From the NCBI GenBank assembly GCA_019058165.1, contig JAHLVZ010000002.1, positions 16,048 to 80,047 of the forward strand: a DNA stretch of 64,000 bases, in the 5' to 3' direction. The DNA is from Candidatus Heimdallarchaeota archaeon. Its GTDB lineage: Archaea > Asgardarchaeota > Heimdallarchaeia > JABLTI01. Under the pieces are notes generated by a model that was not told the origin of the DNA, did not search any database, and saw only the letters and a program-made list of their open reading frames with translations. The position numbers and the translations under genes are program-made. Below, in pieces: positions 48,889 to 58,485 of this stretch (within the stretch, counting starts at the first letter, position 1; every line of letters starts with the position of its first letter).

Positions 48889-49641
48889 ATGCCAAAAGAA
48901 CCTAATAAAGAAGATTTGATTTTCGATGGTATGCTTTTTGCAATAAATAATGAATCCGGTCCAGTTCTTCGTCTAAATATCAGCTCCTTATCAGAACGAG
49001 AAGCAATCTCAACAGCTATTCATGGAATAACTGCTATAGGATTAGGAGAAGATCGAAACAGGGGTTTATTTGGACCAATCCCGGTCCCATACAATACCCA
49101 ATATCGGGCATTGATATACGTTTTTTATGTGGAGACACAAACTAGCACAGATCCAATTGCTCAAGAAAAAGGACAATTTTGTGGGTTATTCTTTATTTTC
49201 AAGAAAGATATGATCAGATATATTGCTAATGTCTATTCGATGATAGAATCTTTGTTAAATGTCTACCAAGAGAATTATCTAGTAAAAGAGGACCAACTGC
49301 AAAATGACACAATACAGTATATCTATGATGATTTAATTTCAAATCTAAAATTAAAACCAAAAATTAGAGTTTTTAGAGTAAATGATGGAATAACAGTCGA
49401 ATTCGAGGATGGTACAGTAAAATTAGGTAATGAGATAACTTTCCTAATAAGCGAAAAAGAAAAAATAGTCTACTCATATATACCTAAAAAATTAGAAAAA
49501 GAGAAGAAAGAACAAGTAATGAAAATTCTCGAACATATAATGAAAACTGAATACCAAAACTCCTATGAATTAAAGAAAGTTTCATCCAAAAAAGCTTTTC
49601 AAAGTACTTTGAAGAAAAATAAAATAACTCTCATAGACTAG
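48889..49641 (+). CDS. hypothetical protein
   Basis: 250-aa ORF. The N-terminal 130 aa have an alternating beta/alpha pattern. No motif recognised. Confidence 0.4.
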   Translation: MPKEPNKEDLIFDGMLFAINNESGPVLRLNISSLSEREAISTAIHGITAIGLGEDRNRGLFGPIPVPYNTQYRALIYVFYVETQTSTDPIAQEKGQFCGLFFIFKKDMIRYIANVYSMIESLLNVYQENYLVKEDQLQNDTIQYIYDDLISNLKLKPKIRVFRVNDGITVEFEDGTVKLGNEITFLISEKEKIVYSYIPKKLEKEKKEQVMKILEHIMKTEYQNSYELKKVSSKKAFQSTLKKNKITLID

Positions 49642-49724
49642 AAAGAATTTTCAGAATTACTAATTAGCTGTTTTTAAAGTAAACATGTTGAGGATGAAAC
49701 CAAAGGATCCTTTGGTTAAAAGAA

Positions 49725-50864
49725 ATGAATTGTGAAAAATACTTCCTTAACACTCAAAACATATTCTGTCAGCATCTTACATTAAATAGTCTTCATCTAA
49801 GTTACCAAAGTGATGATACTAATTCCTATCAATTTAGAAAATATAAAGCTGAAGACCTCACAAACAGAATGCTCATAATTGTTCCAGGTTATTCTGTTTC
49901 AAATCCTCCAAGAATTGGAGATCATCGATATTATATTCAAGCATTACAATATCATCCCACTAGAAATCCCAAAGGATATAAGAAAATATATGTTTTCGAT
50001 TTGTACTCTAAAAAAGATGGTCGGTGTAATTTTCAACTGGATATTACAACATTAGCAGCAGAACTCATGAAGAGTATAGAAACATCTCGAGATAATTGGT
50101 CGTTTTGCGAAAATGGCGAGATAGATTTTATCGGAGCTTCGATGGGAGGACTTATCGTGCGTAAGTTCATACAAGATTTTATGGTAGGTGAAAATCAAAT
50201 CTCAACAAAATCTTGGGGAACACTACGAATAAAAAACATAGTTCTAATAGCAACTCCAAACTATGGTTGTAAAATCGTTGATTTATTACAAAATCCGGTA
50301 ATTCAATTATTCTTGCGTATTTTTTATGGCAAGAAGAACTTTTCGCAGAGTAAACAAGTTCAACAAATTAGTGTTGGTCAAATAAATGTCTGGAAGCCAT
50401 TCTTTCGTAACCTAATTACAAAATATACTCCTATCAATGTCTTTCTTGAAAGATTAAATTCGACAATACAAACACCTGGTAATATCAGGTGGGTTACAAT
50501 ACGTGGTACAAAAAGAAAGTGGTTTACACGTTTACTATATAATAAGAATATTCTGAGCGATGGAGTCGTTAATGCAGCAAGTGTCCCACTCAAAGGAGCG
50601 GAAAATATCTCTGATAAGGATTTCGGGATTGGTTTGTCTTGGAATCATAGAGATTTGTACAAAAACGAAGATTTCTGCAATTTCCTCCTAGATCTCCTAG
50701 TATTTAATATGAAAATAACTGATTATCTTGAGAACAACCACTTAAATTTCACTCATAAAATTTTCAAGAATAAAAGATTCAGGAAGAAACCACTAAAGAA
50801 TATCTTGAAATTTCCTATCCATTCATATCAGAAATCTTCTGAAAAGAATCCTTCTCAACATTGA
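49725..50864 (+). CDS. alpha/beta hydrolase (lipase/esterase, PGAP1/DUF676-like)
   Basis: Nucleophile elbow GASMGG within IDFIGASMGGLIVRKF. Confidence 0.6.
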   Translation: MNCEKYFLNTQNIFCQHLTLNSLHLSYQSDDTNSYQFRKYKAEDLTNRMLIIVPGYSVSNPPRIGDHRYYIQALQYHPTRNPKGYKKIYVFDLYSKKDGRCNFQLDITTLAAELMKSIETSRDNWSFCENGEIDFIGASMGGLIVRKFIQDFMVGENQISTKSWGTLRIKNIVLIATPNYGCKIVDLLQNPVIQLFLRIFYGKKNFSQSKQVQQISVGQINVWKPFFRNLITKYTPINVFLERLNSTIQTPGNIRWVTIRGTKRKWFTRLLYNKNILSDGVVNAASVPLKGAENISDKDFGIGLSWNHRDLYKNEDFCNFLLDLLVFNMKITDYLENNHLNFTHKIFKNKRFRKKPLKNILKFPIHSYQKSSEKNPSQH

Positions 50865-50980
50865 GGACTTTAAAAACTAAATTCTATATATACCAGTAGT
50901 TAAGAAATGTATTGCGCGGAATTAAAAGGTCAAATAATCTGCTGACCACTTGATTACTTTAAAAGGACTTGTAAAAACTC

Positions 50981-51172
50981 TTGGCAACTGAATCAGAAAA
51001 AGAAGTACTAAAAAAAGCATCTCCATTTTCACTCGAGAGTATGCATATAGATTTCTGCGATTCTTGTCTTTATTCATGGTGCCTTTTAAAAAAGAAAGTA
51101 ATTTATTGCTCACTACGATATAAAGGGGAAATTGGGTTTGTTTGTACAACAAATTCATGTAAAATCAGATAG
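50981..51172 (+). CDS. small cysteine-rich protein, paralog 1
   Basis: Shares FC..C...WC....KV.YCS..Y.G.....C....C with the ORF at 51315-51521. TTG start, uncertain. Confidence 0.4.
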   Translation: MATESEKEVLKKASPFSLESMHIDFCDSCLYSWCLLKKKVIYCSLRYKGEIGFVCTTNSCKIR

Positions 51173-51314
51173 AAATGCTAGAACTTCCTCTCCAAAAAAC
51201 TGATTTCTCTACTTCTAAGGTAATACTGTCATATTCTCGGCATATTAGCAACTTAAAAAGTATAGATTAAAGGATTTGTTTAATTGGATGAACATTTAAA
51301 GGACCGAGGTAAAA

Positions 51315-51521
51315 TTGGCAATTATAGAGACGCCCAAAAAACAACTAGTAAGAGATAAACCATTAAAAAGCAAACAATCTTCTATTTTTTGCACTGATTG
51401 TGTTATCGACTGGTGCAAAATAAGAAACAAGGTTAGTTATTGCTCCCAGAAATACAGAGGTACAGGATGTTACAGCTGCACTGACACAAAGTGCTCAGTT
51501 AAGAAAATTGCTGGATCCTAA
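51315..51521 (+). CDS. small cysteine-rich protein, paralog 2
   Basis: Has the same 6-Cys pattern as 50981-51172. Conservation between the two copies supports coding. Confidence 0.45.
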   Translation: MAIIETPKKQLVRDKPLKSKQSSIFCTDCVIDWCKIRNKVSYCSQKYRGTGCYSCTDTKCSVKKIAGS

Positions 51522-51550
51522 ATCATCTCTTTTTTTCTTATACTCACTTT

Positions 51551-51832
51551 TCACATTGCGTTAAGCAATTTATTGAACATGTCATTATCTATTGATTCTA
51601 GTTCATCTTTTATTGTATATTGCTTTTCAATTAATTTCCTAAATTGTTGGAGTTTTTCTTTTGAACAATCCCCTTCCTTAATCATGGCATAAGAATCATT
51701 TACTAAAAGCTCTAGACCATTTAAATCTGTGAATCTAATTCGAACTATGTCACTAGCCTCTACATCAATTCCTACAATTTCGAAACCTGCATTTGTTAAT
51801 TTCTCTGTAAGCGTAATTATTTTTTCTTTCAT
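51551..51832 (-). CDS. hypothetical protein
   Basis: 93-aa ORF. No motif recognised. Confidence 0.35.
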   Translation of the reverse strand: MKEKIITLTEKLTNAGFEIVGIDVEASDIVRIRFTDLNGLELLVNDSYAMIKEGDCSKEKLQQFRKLIEKQYTIKDELESIDNDMFNKLLNAM

Positions 51833-52090
51833 TTTATCACCTCGTAATTATTGGTTCAAAGTGTTAATCTCTAAAGTTCAATGTTCAGTAACTTGCTTTC
51901 AGTTGATAAAACTGACTAACCAAAAATGAATGGTCAATTTAACATAAATTTTTGTTCTTTAAAAACCTCTACTAATAGTAAATTACTTCTGACTTTTAAT
52001 CTTTTATGGAAAAATTCTCCGCATATAATTATAATCATTTTTTAATGATTTCTATCCCTTATTAAGCGTTTAGATTAAGAATTTAATTAG

Positions 52091-53530
52091 CTAATTCTCG
52101 AATATCAATGTCTTAATAACTACTGGTACTACTTGTTTACTTGCCATAGGCTCCCCTATATCTATAAAATCCCCTTCTCTCAATCCTAATTCGTCGATAG
52201 ATATGATATTCGTTTTCAATTCTGTTTCTCTTTTCATAACATTACCTACACTATTTCCGATATCATCATTGAAAACTAGGATCAAGGGCATCTCCTTCTT
52301 AACTATGGTAGGAACTGCTGCAACAATTCCTTTTGCAAAAGATTTTAGTCGTTCATAAGATAGTCCAATTGTTTTATGAAAAGACAATGCAACTGGAGCT
52401 TCACCTTCTTTCATATCGATTCTTTTGTAGGCCATAGCAATTGCATATTCGATTTCTTCTTCAGATGGGCTCTCTTGAGGGAGATAAGGTACCACAACAG
52501 GGATATTTCTTATTGGAAATTCATTATCTTCAGTTACTAAGGTTGTTGCACCACTAACCTGTAAAGAATATTGCCCTGCTCCGATAACAGTCGCACGAAT
52601 TAATTCTAGAGGTTCATGTAATTTGAGTTTACTTTTCTGGCTTTGCTTCTTGATTTCTTTAGCAACTTCCTTGCCTATATCATTGTAATATTCATTTGTT
52701 TTACCATAAATGTATTCAGCGACTCCGCCAGAAAAGGAAAAGAGATCTACTTTTCCATCAAAAGTTAATAAAGGAGTCATCATAATTTTCATTGTTACTT
52801 CAGAAATATTGTCTTGTTTTGTTATGACTTCAATTAGAGCTTTTACTAATCCCTTTGCTATTTGTTCTTTATTTTCTTTTGAAACAGGCTTTCCAATTTC
52901 TACTATTATACCAAGATCATCTGCTACAAGTTGTGCAGCGGGTTCTATTTTCTCAACAATGTTGTCGGAGCCATTAGTAACCAATAACCTTCCGCCAACA
53001 TTTATACACGCTGTGTCTATGATATCTCCATCGGGGGAAATAACAGCAATATTCGAAGTTCCGCCACCTGTATCAATATTCATAATGGTTTTTTTCAATT
53101 TCTTAGCTTGAGTTACAGCACCACTACCCATAGCTGCAATGACTGATTCAAAATTTGGTCCTGCTGTTGCTGCAACAAATTTACCTGCTTCAGCAGCTAG
53201 CAAACTTACAATTTTTTCTGCATTCTTCTTTTTCGCAGTTTCCCCAGTTACAATAACTGCTCCGGTATCTATATCTCTTTTAGTAATTCCTGCTTTAGTG
53301 AATTCTTTTTGGAAAATCTTGGATAATTCGTCAAAATCAATGGTTTCCTTGTCAATAAGGGGAGTCAAATAAATATTCCCACGGTAAAGGATTTTACGAT
53401 TAACAATCTCAAATTTCTTTGAGGATCGACTCATTTGCTTTACAAGATGTAATTTTGAAAAAACCATGTGAGATGTTGAAGTGCCAACATCTATACCAAC
53501 AGAAGTAATAAATAGCTCTTGAACAGTCAT
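52091..53530 (-). CDS. EutA-family (ethanolamine ammonia-lyase reactivase-like) ASKHA ATPase
   Basis: SVGIDVGTSTSHMVFSKL, GAVIVTGETAKKKNA, ATAGPNFESVIAAMGSGA and NIDTGGGTSNIAV..ACINVGGRLL closely track E. coli EutA. Confidence 0.85.
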   Translation of the reverse strand: MTVQELFITSVGIDVGTSTSHMVFSKLHLVKQMSRSSKKFEIVNRKILYRGNIYLTPLIDKETIDFDELSKIFQKEFTKAGITKRDIDTGAVIVTGETAKKKNAEKIVSLLAAEAGKFVAATAGPNFESVIAAMGSGAVTQAKKLKKTIMNIDTGGGTSNIAVISPDGDIIDTACINVGGRLLVTNGSDNIVEKIEPAAQLVADDLGIIVEIGKPVSKENKEQIAKGLVKALIEVITKQDNISEVTMKIMMTPLLTFDGKVDLFSFSGGVAEYIYGKTNEYYNDIGKEVAKEIKKQSQKSKLKLHEPLELIRATVIGAGQYSLQVSGATTLVTEDNEFPIRNIPVVVPYLPQESPSEEEIEYAIAMAYKRIDMKEGEAPVALSFHKTIGLSYERLKSFAKGIVAAVPTIVKKEMPLILVFNDDIGNSVGNVMKRETELKTNIISIDELGLREGDFIDIGEPMASKQVVPVVIKTLIFEN

Positions 53531-53633
53531 AGTTCGTTAAATAATTAATCAATTTTTATCCTTTTCTAATAATATTGAATTTAAAAAAACTGATTGTCAA
53601 GTGTAGGAGTTCATATTTCAAGAATGGGGATTA

Positions 53634-54791
53634 TTATTTTTCTAATCCCATCTTTTTTATCATTTCTTTCTCGTTTTTATATCCTTGATTTTTGGCGATT
53701 CTTTCGAGAGTACTCTTAATCTTTTCTTGAACTTCAAGATCAGATTCTGTTTCTAAAGTCTCAAGAAGAACTTGTACACATTTCTTTGTTTTTGGAACGA
53801 GTTGTCCAACTGATATTGCAGCTGTTTTTCTCACACGAACACTTTCATCCTCTTTTAAAACATCCAGTAAAGCATTTGCTGCTTTTTTGTATTGCATGAA
53901 TCCAAGAGATAAACATGACCAGTAACGTACAGTTTCATCTTCATCCTCTAATAATTCAAGGAAAACTTCTGCCGCTCTTTTATCTCCAATTTCTCCTAAA
54001 GCATAAGCTATTGCTCTACGAATTTCTGCATTCTTACTCTTTTGCAGGAAATTAATCAGTGGTTCAACTGCATTTGGATCCTTCAATCTTCCCAATGCTG
54101 TTGCTGTTTTCACAGAAACTCCAATTCCATTATCATTTTCTAAAGCAAAAATTAAATCTGGAACTACACGCTTATCTCCAATTAAACCTAAAGCTTCTGC
54201 TACTTGCCCTCTAACCCAAGCTTCTTGATCATCCTTTAGGATTTTCAGCAATGGATCTATTGCTTTCGGATCTCCTATCATACCTAGAGCCTGAGCTACA
54301 TTTTCTCGAATCTCTCCATCCTTATTATTGAGCATTCTTAACAAATCATCCAGAGCTTGTGTCGCTTTCAGCATACCAAGAGAACTAGCAACTTCGATAA
54401 CAATAGATGGGTCTTTTGATGTTTTCAATCCCTCTATTAGGGAAGGTATTGCAATTGGATCCCCAATATTACCTAAGGCTTTTGCTGCATTTTTCCTTAA
54501 TACTGTTAGATGATCTTTCAGCAAGATATCATGTAACAACTTAATACTTTGAGTTACTTTTCCTTTCCCAAGAACTTTAATAGCATCCTTTCGTATTTTC
54601 CACTCAGAATCCTTTTTAGCTATCTCTATTAAAAATCCTTGAACATCGTCTTTTTCTTTCTCTAATGAATCTAATAATTCATTTTCTTTATTATTTAATA
54701 TTAAAAGCCTAATTTCATCCTTAGTAGTCAATTTTTCATCCCCATGAATTAGCAAGGAAATTTTACTGTCTGTTAGTACACTGAATCTCAA
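53634..54791 (-). CDS. HEAT-repeat (PBS-lyase-like) protein
   Basis: About ten repeats of (V/I)R..AA.ALG.IGD..A...L. Confidence 0.75.
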   Translation of the reverse strand: MRFSVLTDSKISLLIHGDEKLTTKDEIRLLILNNKENELLDSLEKEKDDVQGFLIEIAKKDSEWKIRKDAIKVLGKGKVTQSIKLLHDILLKDHLTVLRKNAAKALGNIGDPIAIPSLIEGLKTSKDPSIVIEVASSLGMLKATQALDDLLRMLNNKDGEIRENVAQALGMIGDPKAIDPLLKILKDDQEAWVRGQVAEALGLIGDKRVVPDLIFALENDNGIGVSVKTATALGRLKDPNAVEPLINFLQKSKNAEIRRAIAYALGEIGDKRAAEVFLELLEDEDETVRYWSCLSLGFMQYKKAANALLDVLKEDESVRVRKTAAISVGQLVPKTKKCVQVLLETLETESDLEVQEKIKSTLERIAKNQGYKNEKEMIKKMGLEK

Positions 54792-54982
54792 ATGTTAATA
54801 ATCAATTAATTTAACAAAATTTGTTAAATTCAACAACTTTACACAATTCTATGCTATTTTTTGAATTAACAATTAACTAACCCTTTTTCATCTTTTCTAT
54901 TTCAAGGAGAAAAACAATGAAATGTTATAACAGAGCAATTCCTTAAAAATAGAAAATGCATGTAAAACGCTAGGTGTAATTA

Positions 54983-55762
54983 ATGGAAATCTTAATTTGT
55001 GGAAATTACGAAGGGTCAAAGTTAGCAGCAGACTCGAAAGGAATCGCTATTGTCGTCGATGTTCTACGAGCAAGCACCACTATCCCTGTGGCAATGTCTA
55101 AAGGAATTGAGATATTTTATGTGGCTAAAGAAGTCGAAGATGTTCACTTAACACAAACAGAATTAGATACACTAATTATTGGTGAAAGAGGGTGTGTAAA
55201 ACTTTCAGGTTTTGATTTTGGTAATAGTCCCGTAGAAATATCTGCTCAAACAAAATTCAGAAAAAATATTTCCGCATTTACTTCCTCAACTGGCTCTAAA
55301 AGAGTAGTAGAAGCTATTGGCTCACAAATAACAATAATCGGTTCAATTATTAATGCAAAAGCCGTTGCAGAAAAAGTGATTGCACTTTCAAAACAATTAT
55401 CTGAAGAATTGAAAGTCGTTATAATCCCAACGTTTACACATGGGTCCATTATTGAAAATGAAAACACCGAAGATCAAATAGGCTCTCTATTAATTGCTCG
55501 AGAGTTTTTAAGAGCAGGTATTGAACTTTCACCAGAGCTAACAGAAGAAATTACTTTTCTAGAGCAAAAAATGAGTAAACAATCATTAACTAAAATTCTT
55601 GAAGAGACAGAACATGGCAAGAAACTCATAAACTTGAAGTTTAAACATGATATTGAATTCTGTAGTCGACTTAATGAGTTTACTCAGATTCCAATATCAA
55701 GAAATGATGTTTATGCATTATCAAATGGAAATAATGTTGTAAAACTAATTTTAGAAAAATAA
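54983..55762 (+). CDS. comB: 2-phosphosulfolactate phosphatase family protein
   Basis: VVDVLRASTTI motif, with size and fold pattern of the ComB family. Confidence 0.75.
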   Translation: MEILICGNYEGSKLAADSKGIAIVVDVLRASTTIPVAMSKGIEIFYVAKEVEDVHLTQTELDTLIIGERGCVKLSGFDFGNSPVEISAQTKFRKNISAFTSSTGSKRVVEAIGSQITIIGSIINAKAVAEKVIALSKQLSEELKVVIIPTFTHGSIIENENTEDQIGSLLIAREFLRAGIELSPELTEEITFLEQKMSKQSLTKILEETEHGKKLINLKFKHDIEFCSRLNEFTQIPISRNDVYALSNGNNVVKLILEK

Positions 55763-55791
55763 CAAAAAATAAAGAAAAAAGGGATATTTTG

Positions 55792-56847
55792 CTATTTTAG
55801 CTTTGGATCCAAAGCATCCCTTAATGCATCACCCATAAGGTTGAAACCTAACATCGTTACAAAGATCATTAAAGCAGGAAACGTCGGCATCCACCAATAG
55901 GTTAACAAAACATCTCTATAAGCAGCAAGATCATCACCCCAAGAAACTGCAGTAGGATCACCAAACCCAAAGAATGCGAGTCCAGTTATACTCATAATTG
56001 TACCTGCAATACCAAGACTTGTTATAATGATTATTGGAGATAAAGCATTTGGTAAGATATGCTTGAAGACTATACGCCTATCACTTGCACCTAAAGCACG
56101 TTCCGCCTCTACAAAATCGCGAGCTTTAAGACTCAGGACAGTGCTTCTAACAATTAGACTTATACCACCCCATTGTATTAAACCCAAAATAGTTAGAACA
56201 ATGATGTAGTAAGCCCCTTCAAACTTGAAAAATCCTATGTCCCGGAAAAGTGACACAGCAAAAATGAATAAAATAAAATCTGGTAACCCAATAATAACTT
56301 CATTTAGTCTTTGAATAATGTCATCGAATAAACCACCATAGAATCCTGATACTGCCCCAACAACTGTACCAATTATAGTTGAGAAAACTTGTCCCACAAC
56401 ACCTAAAGTCAAAGAAAGTGGGGTGCCAAAAATCATTCTGGAAAAAATATCATGGCCTAAAGAATCTGTACCAAAAGGATATTGGGAATTGGGTGGAGTA
56501 ATTTCATCCCCTACAAGAATATGTTTTGGATGGGCAATTAATCGAATGTATTTATTTGTTCCCGGAATCCAAATTTCAATAAAATAGTTGTGGAAATCCC
56601 AAGGATCACCAGTAGGATTATTCAAACCAAGTAAAGCATCATATTGGAGTATAATAAATGATAAAATGGCAATAACTACTAATGCGATAACTAAACCAAA
56701 TCCAAACATTCCAAGGGAATCTTTTCTCATTCTCTTATATGTGATAGACCAAAGATTGGAGCCTTCTACAAGTTTTAAGGTTTCGAGAATTTCTACTTCA
56801 CGATCAGAATGTTTTGTTATTGACTCTTGTTGGGATACCGATGCCAT
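55792..56847 (-). CDS. ABC transporter permease (DppC/OppC-like)
   Basis: EAA loop EAERALGASDRRIVFKHILPN, six TM helices, and the C-terminal GDALRDALDPKLK. Confidence 0.85.
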   Translation of the reverse strand: MASVSQQESITKHSDREVEILETLKLVEGSNLWSITYKRMRKDSLGMFGFGLVIALVVIAILSFIILQYDALLGLNNPTGDPWDFHNYFIEIWIPGTNKYIRLIAHPKHILVGDEITPPNSQYPFGTDSLGHDIFSRMIFGTPLSLTLGVVGQVFSTIIGTVVGAVSGFYGGLFDDIIQRLNEVIIGLPDFILFIFAVSLFRDIGFFKFEGAYYIIVLTILGLIQWGGISLIVRSTVLSLKARDFVEAERALGASDRRIVFKHILPNALSPIIIITSLGIAGTIMSITGLAFFGFGDPTAVSWGDDLAAYRDVLLTYWWMPTFPALMIFVTMLGFNLMGDALRDALDPKLK

Positions 56848-57009
56848 ACAAACTAACCCGCTTAATCACCATTTTAACAATGCGGTTAACATCCTAAACA
56901 TTTTAACTCTCATCTAAAAGAATATCGCTTCGTATGAGTATATTAGTAATAAATTATCGAGGGAGATTTTTTAAGCTAAAAACGGATTAAATAACTAGGT
57001 TAAGGAAAT

Positions 57010-57267
57010 ATGTCAGAATACTTCAAGTTCTTCTTTGTAAAAGCAGTAGGAAATGGTTCGTTATTTGTCGGACCAAAATATTCTGTCCTAGAAGATTCGA
57101 AGGAAAAAGAAGAATTAATGCTTCAAACTCACAAGACATTAAAGGATGCAGCAATTGATGTATCCCGGATAATGGAAGATGAGGATTATGGAGAATTGAG
57201 ATTTTATATCAACAATAAACTAGAAAGAGCTTTAGAAATACTCCATGAAATAGATGAGGAATTTTGA
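57010..57267 (+). CDS. hypothetical protein
   Basis: 85-aa ORF. No motif recognised. Confidence 0.35.
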   Translation: MSEYFKFFFVKAVGNGSLFVGPKYSVLEDSKEKEELMLQTHKTLKDAAIDVSRIMEDEDYGELRFYINNKLERALEILHEIDEEF

Positions 57268-57300
57268 AAAGAAGAATTGGTGCCAACAACAGGATTTTAA
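57267..57300 (-). repeat. degenerate copy of the tRNA-Asn 3' end plus downstream flank
   Basis: aaaagaagaattggTgccAAcaacaggatttTaa versus aaaagaagaattggCgccGGcaacaggatttGaa at 58474-58507. That is 30 of 34 identical, in the same orientation. Confidence 0.5.
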
Positions 57301-57404
57301 TAGATATTACAAAAAATTTTTGATTTTTATAAGATATTATCTGAAGTTTATTAGAGTTGACATTATATTAAAATCCTCTTTTAGTATTATTAATTTGATT
57401 TTCA

Positions 57405-58433
57405 ATGGAAAATAGAATTAAGATCTTTACTAATATCTTAAAAAAACTACAAAAAGAGTATAAGATACCTGGTTTATCATTTGCTATTATTCATAAGAAC
57501 AAAATAATAAGTAAGGAAGGATTAGGTTATGCTGATATTGAAAATAAGAAAAAAGCTGAAGCTAATACTCAATACAGAATTGCATCACTCACTAAACCAA
57601 TGTCTGCGACAATTATCTTAAAACTAGTAGAATTAGGAAAATTGAAACTGGATGATCCTATATCTGAATTATATCCAGATTATAAGGAAAAATTCCTTAA
57701 GACTAGTGAATTATTCATTAAGAAAAAAATCATAGGAGTTATTGAAAACTATGATTTTAAAAGAGAGGACATAACCATAAGACATCATCTAACTCATACT
57801 TCAGAAGGAGTTCCCGGTGATAATTACAAATATAGTGGTTTCTTATTTGGAGAATTAACAAAAGTTATCAATAACGTTTCAGAGGAAGATTTCGAGTCTC
57901 TAATTAATAGAGAAATAATTGAAAAGTTGAAAATGGAAAGTACAATAACCTGTAAGAAAAATGAGGAATATGATAAGGAACCTGAAAGACTAGCTGTTCC
58001 TTATTATACTGATGAAAAGGGAAATGTAACAAAAAGTGTTTATCCTCTTTTTGATTTAAACACTGCAGCAGGAATCATTTCAACTGTTGAGGATTTAGCC
58101 AAATTTGATATAGCTCTAAACAAAAATCAAATTATATCAGAACAATCAAAAGAATTAGCATTCACTCCTATGATCTCTAATACAGGACGTACACTTCCTT
58201 ATGGATTAGGTTGGTTTATTCAGAGTTATGGTACATCAAATCAAAAAATACTCTGGCATTTTGGATTTGGTGATAATTCCATTTCATCATTATATGTTAA
58301 AATCCCAAATGCAGAACTCACTATGATATTACTAGCAAATTCAGACGCTCTGTGTAATTTCGATGAATTAGCTGAAGATGAAGATGTATCTCATTCACCT
58401 TTTGCTAAAGCTTTTCTTGAAGCATTTATCTAA
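57405..58433 (+). CDS. serine hydrolase (beta-lactamase / PBP4*-like family)
   Basis: SxxK motif ASLTKPM near the N-terminus, with the size and pattern of class-C-like esterases. Confidence 0.75.
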   Translation: MENRIKIFTNILKKLQKEYKIPGLSFAIIHKNKIISKEGLGYADIENKKKAEANTQYRIASLTKPMSATIILKLVELGKLKLDDPISELYPDYKEKFLKTSELFIKKKIIGVIENYDFKREDITIRHHLTHTSEGVPGDNYKYSGFLFGELTKVINNVSEEDFESLINREIIEKLKMESTITCKKNEEYDKEPERLAVPYYTDEKGNVTKSVYPLFDLNTAAGIISTVEDLAKFDIALNKNQIISEQSKELAFTPMISNTGRTLPYGLGWFIQSYGTSNQKILWHFGFGDNSISSLYVKIPNAELTMILLANSDALCNFDELAEDEDVSHSPFAKAFLEAFI

Positions 58434-58485
58434 AAATGAATTCTTAGTTAATCAGATAGCATTTTAGAAAAAACAAAAGAAGAAT

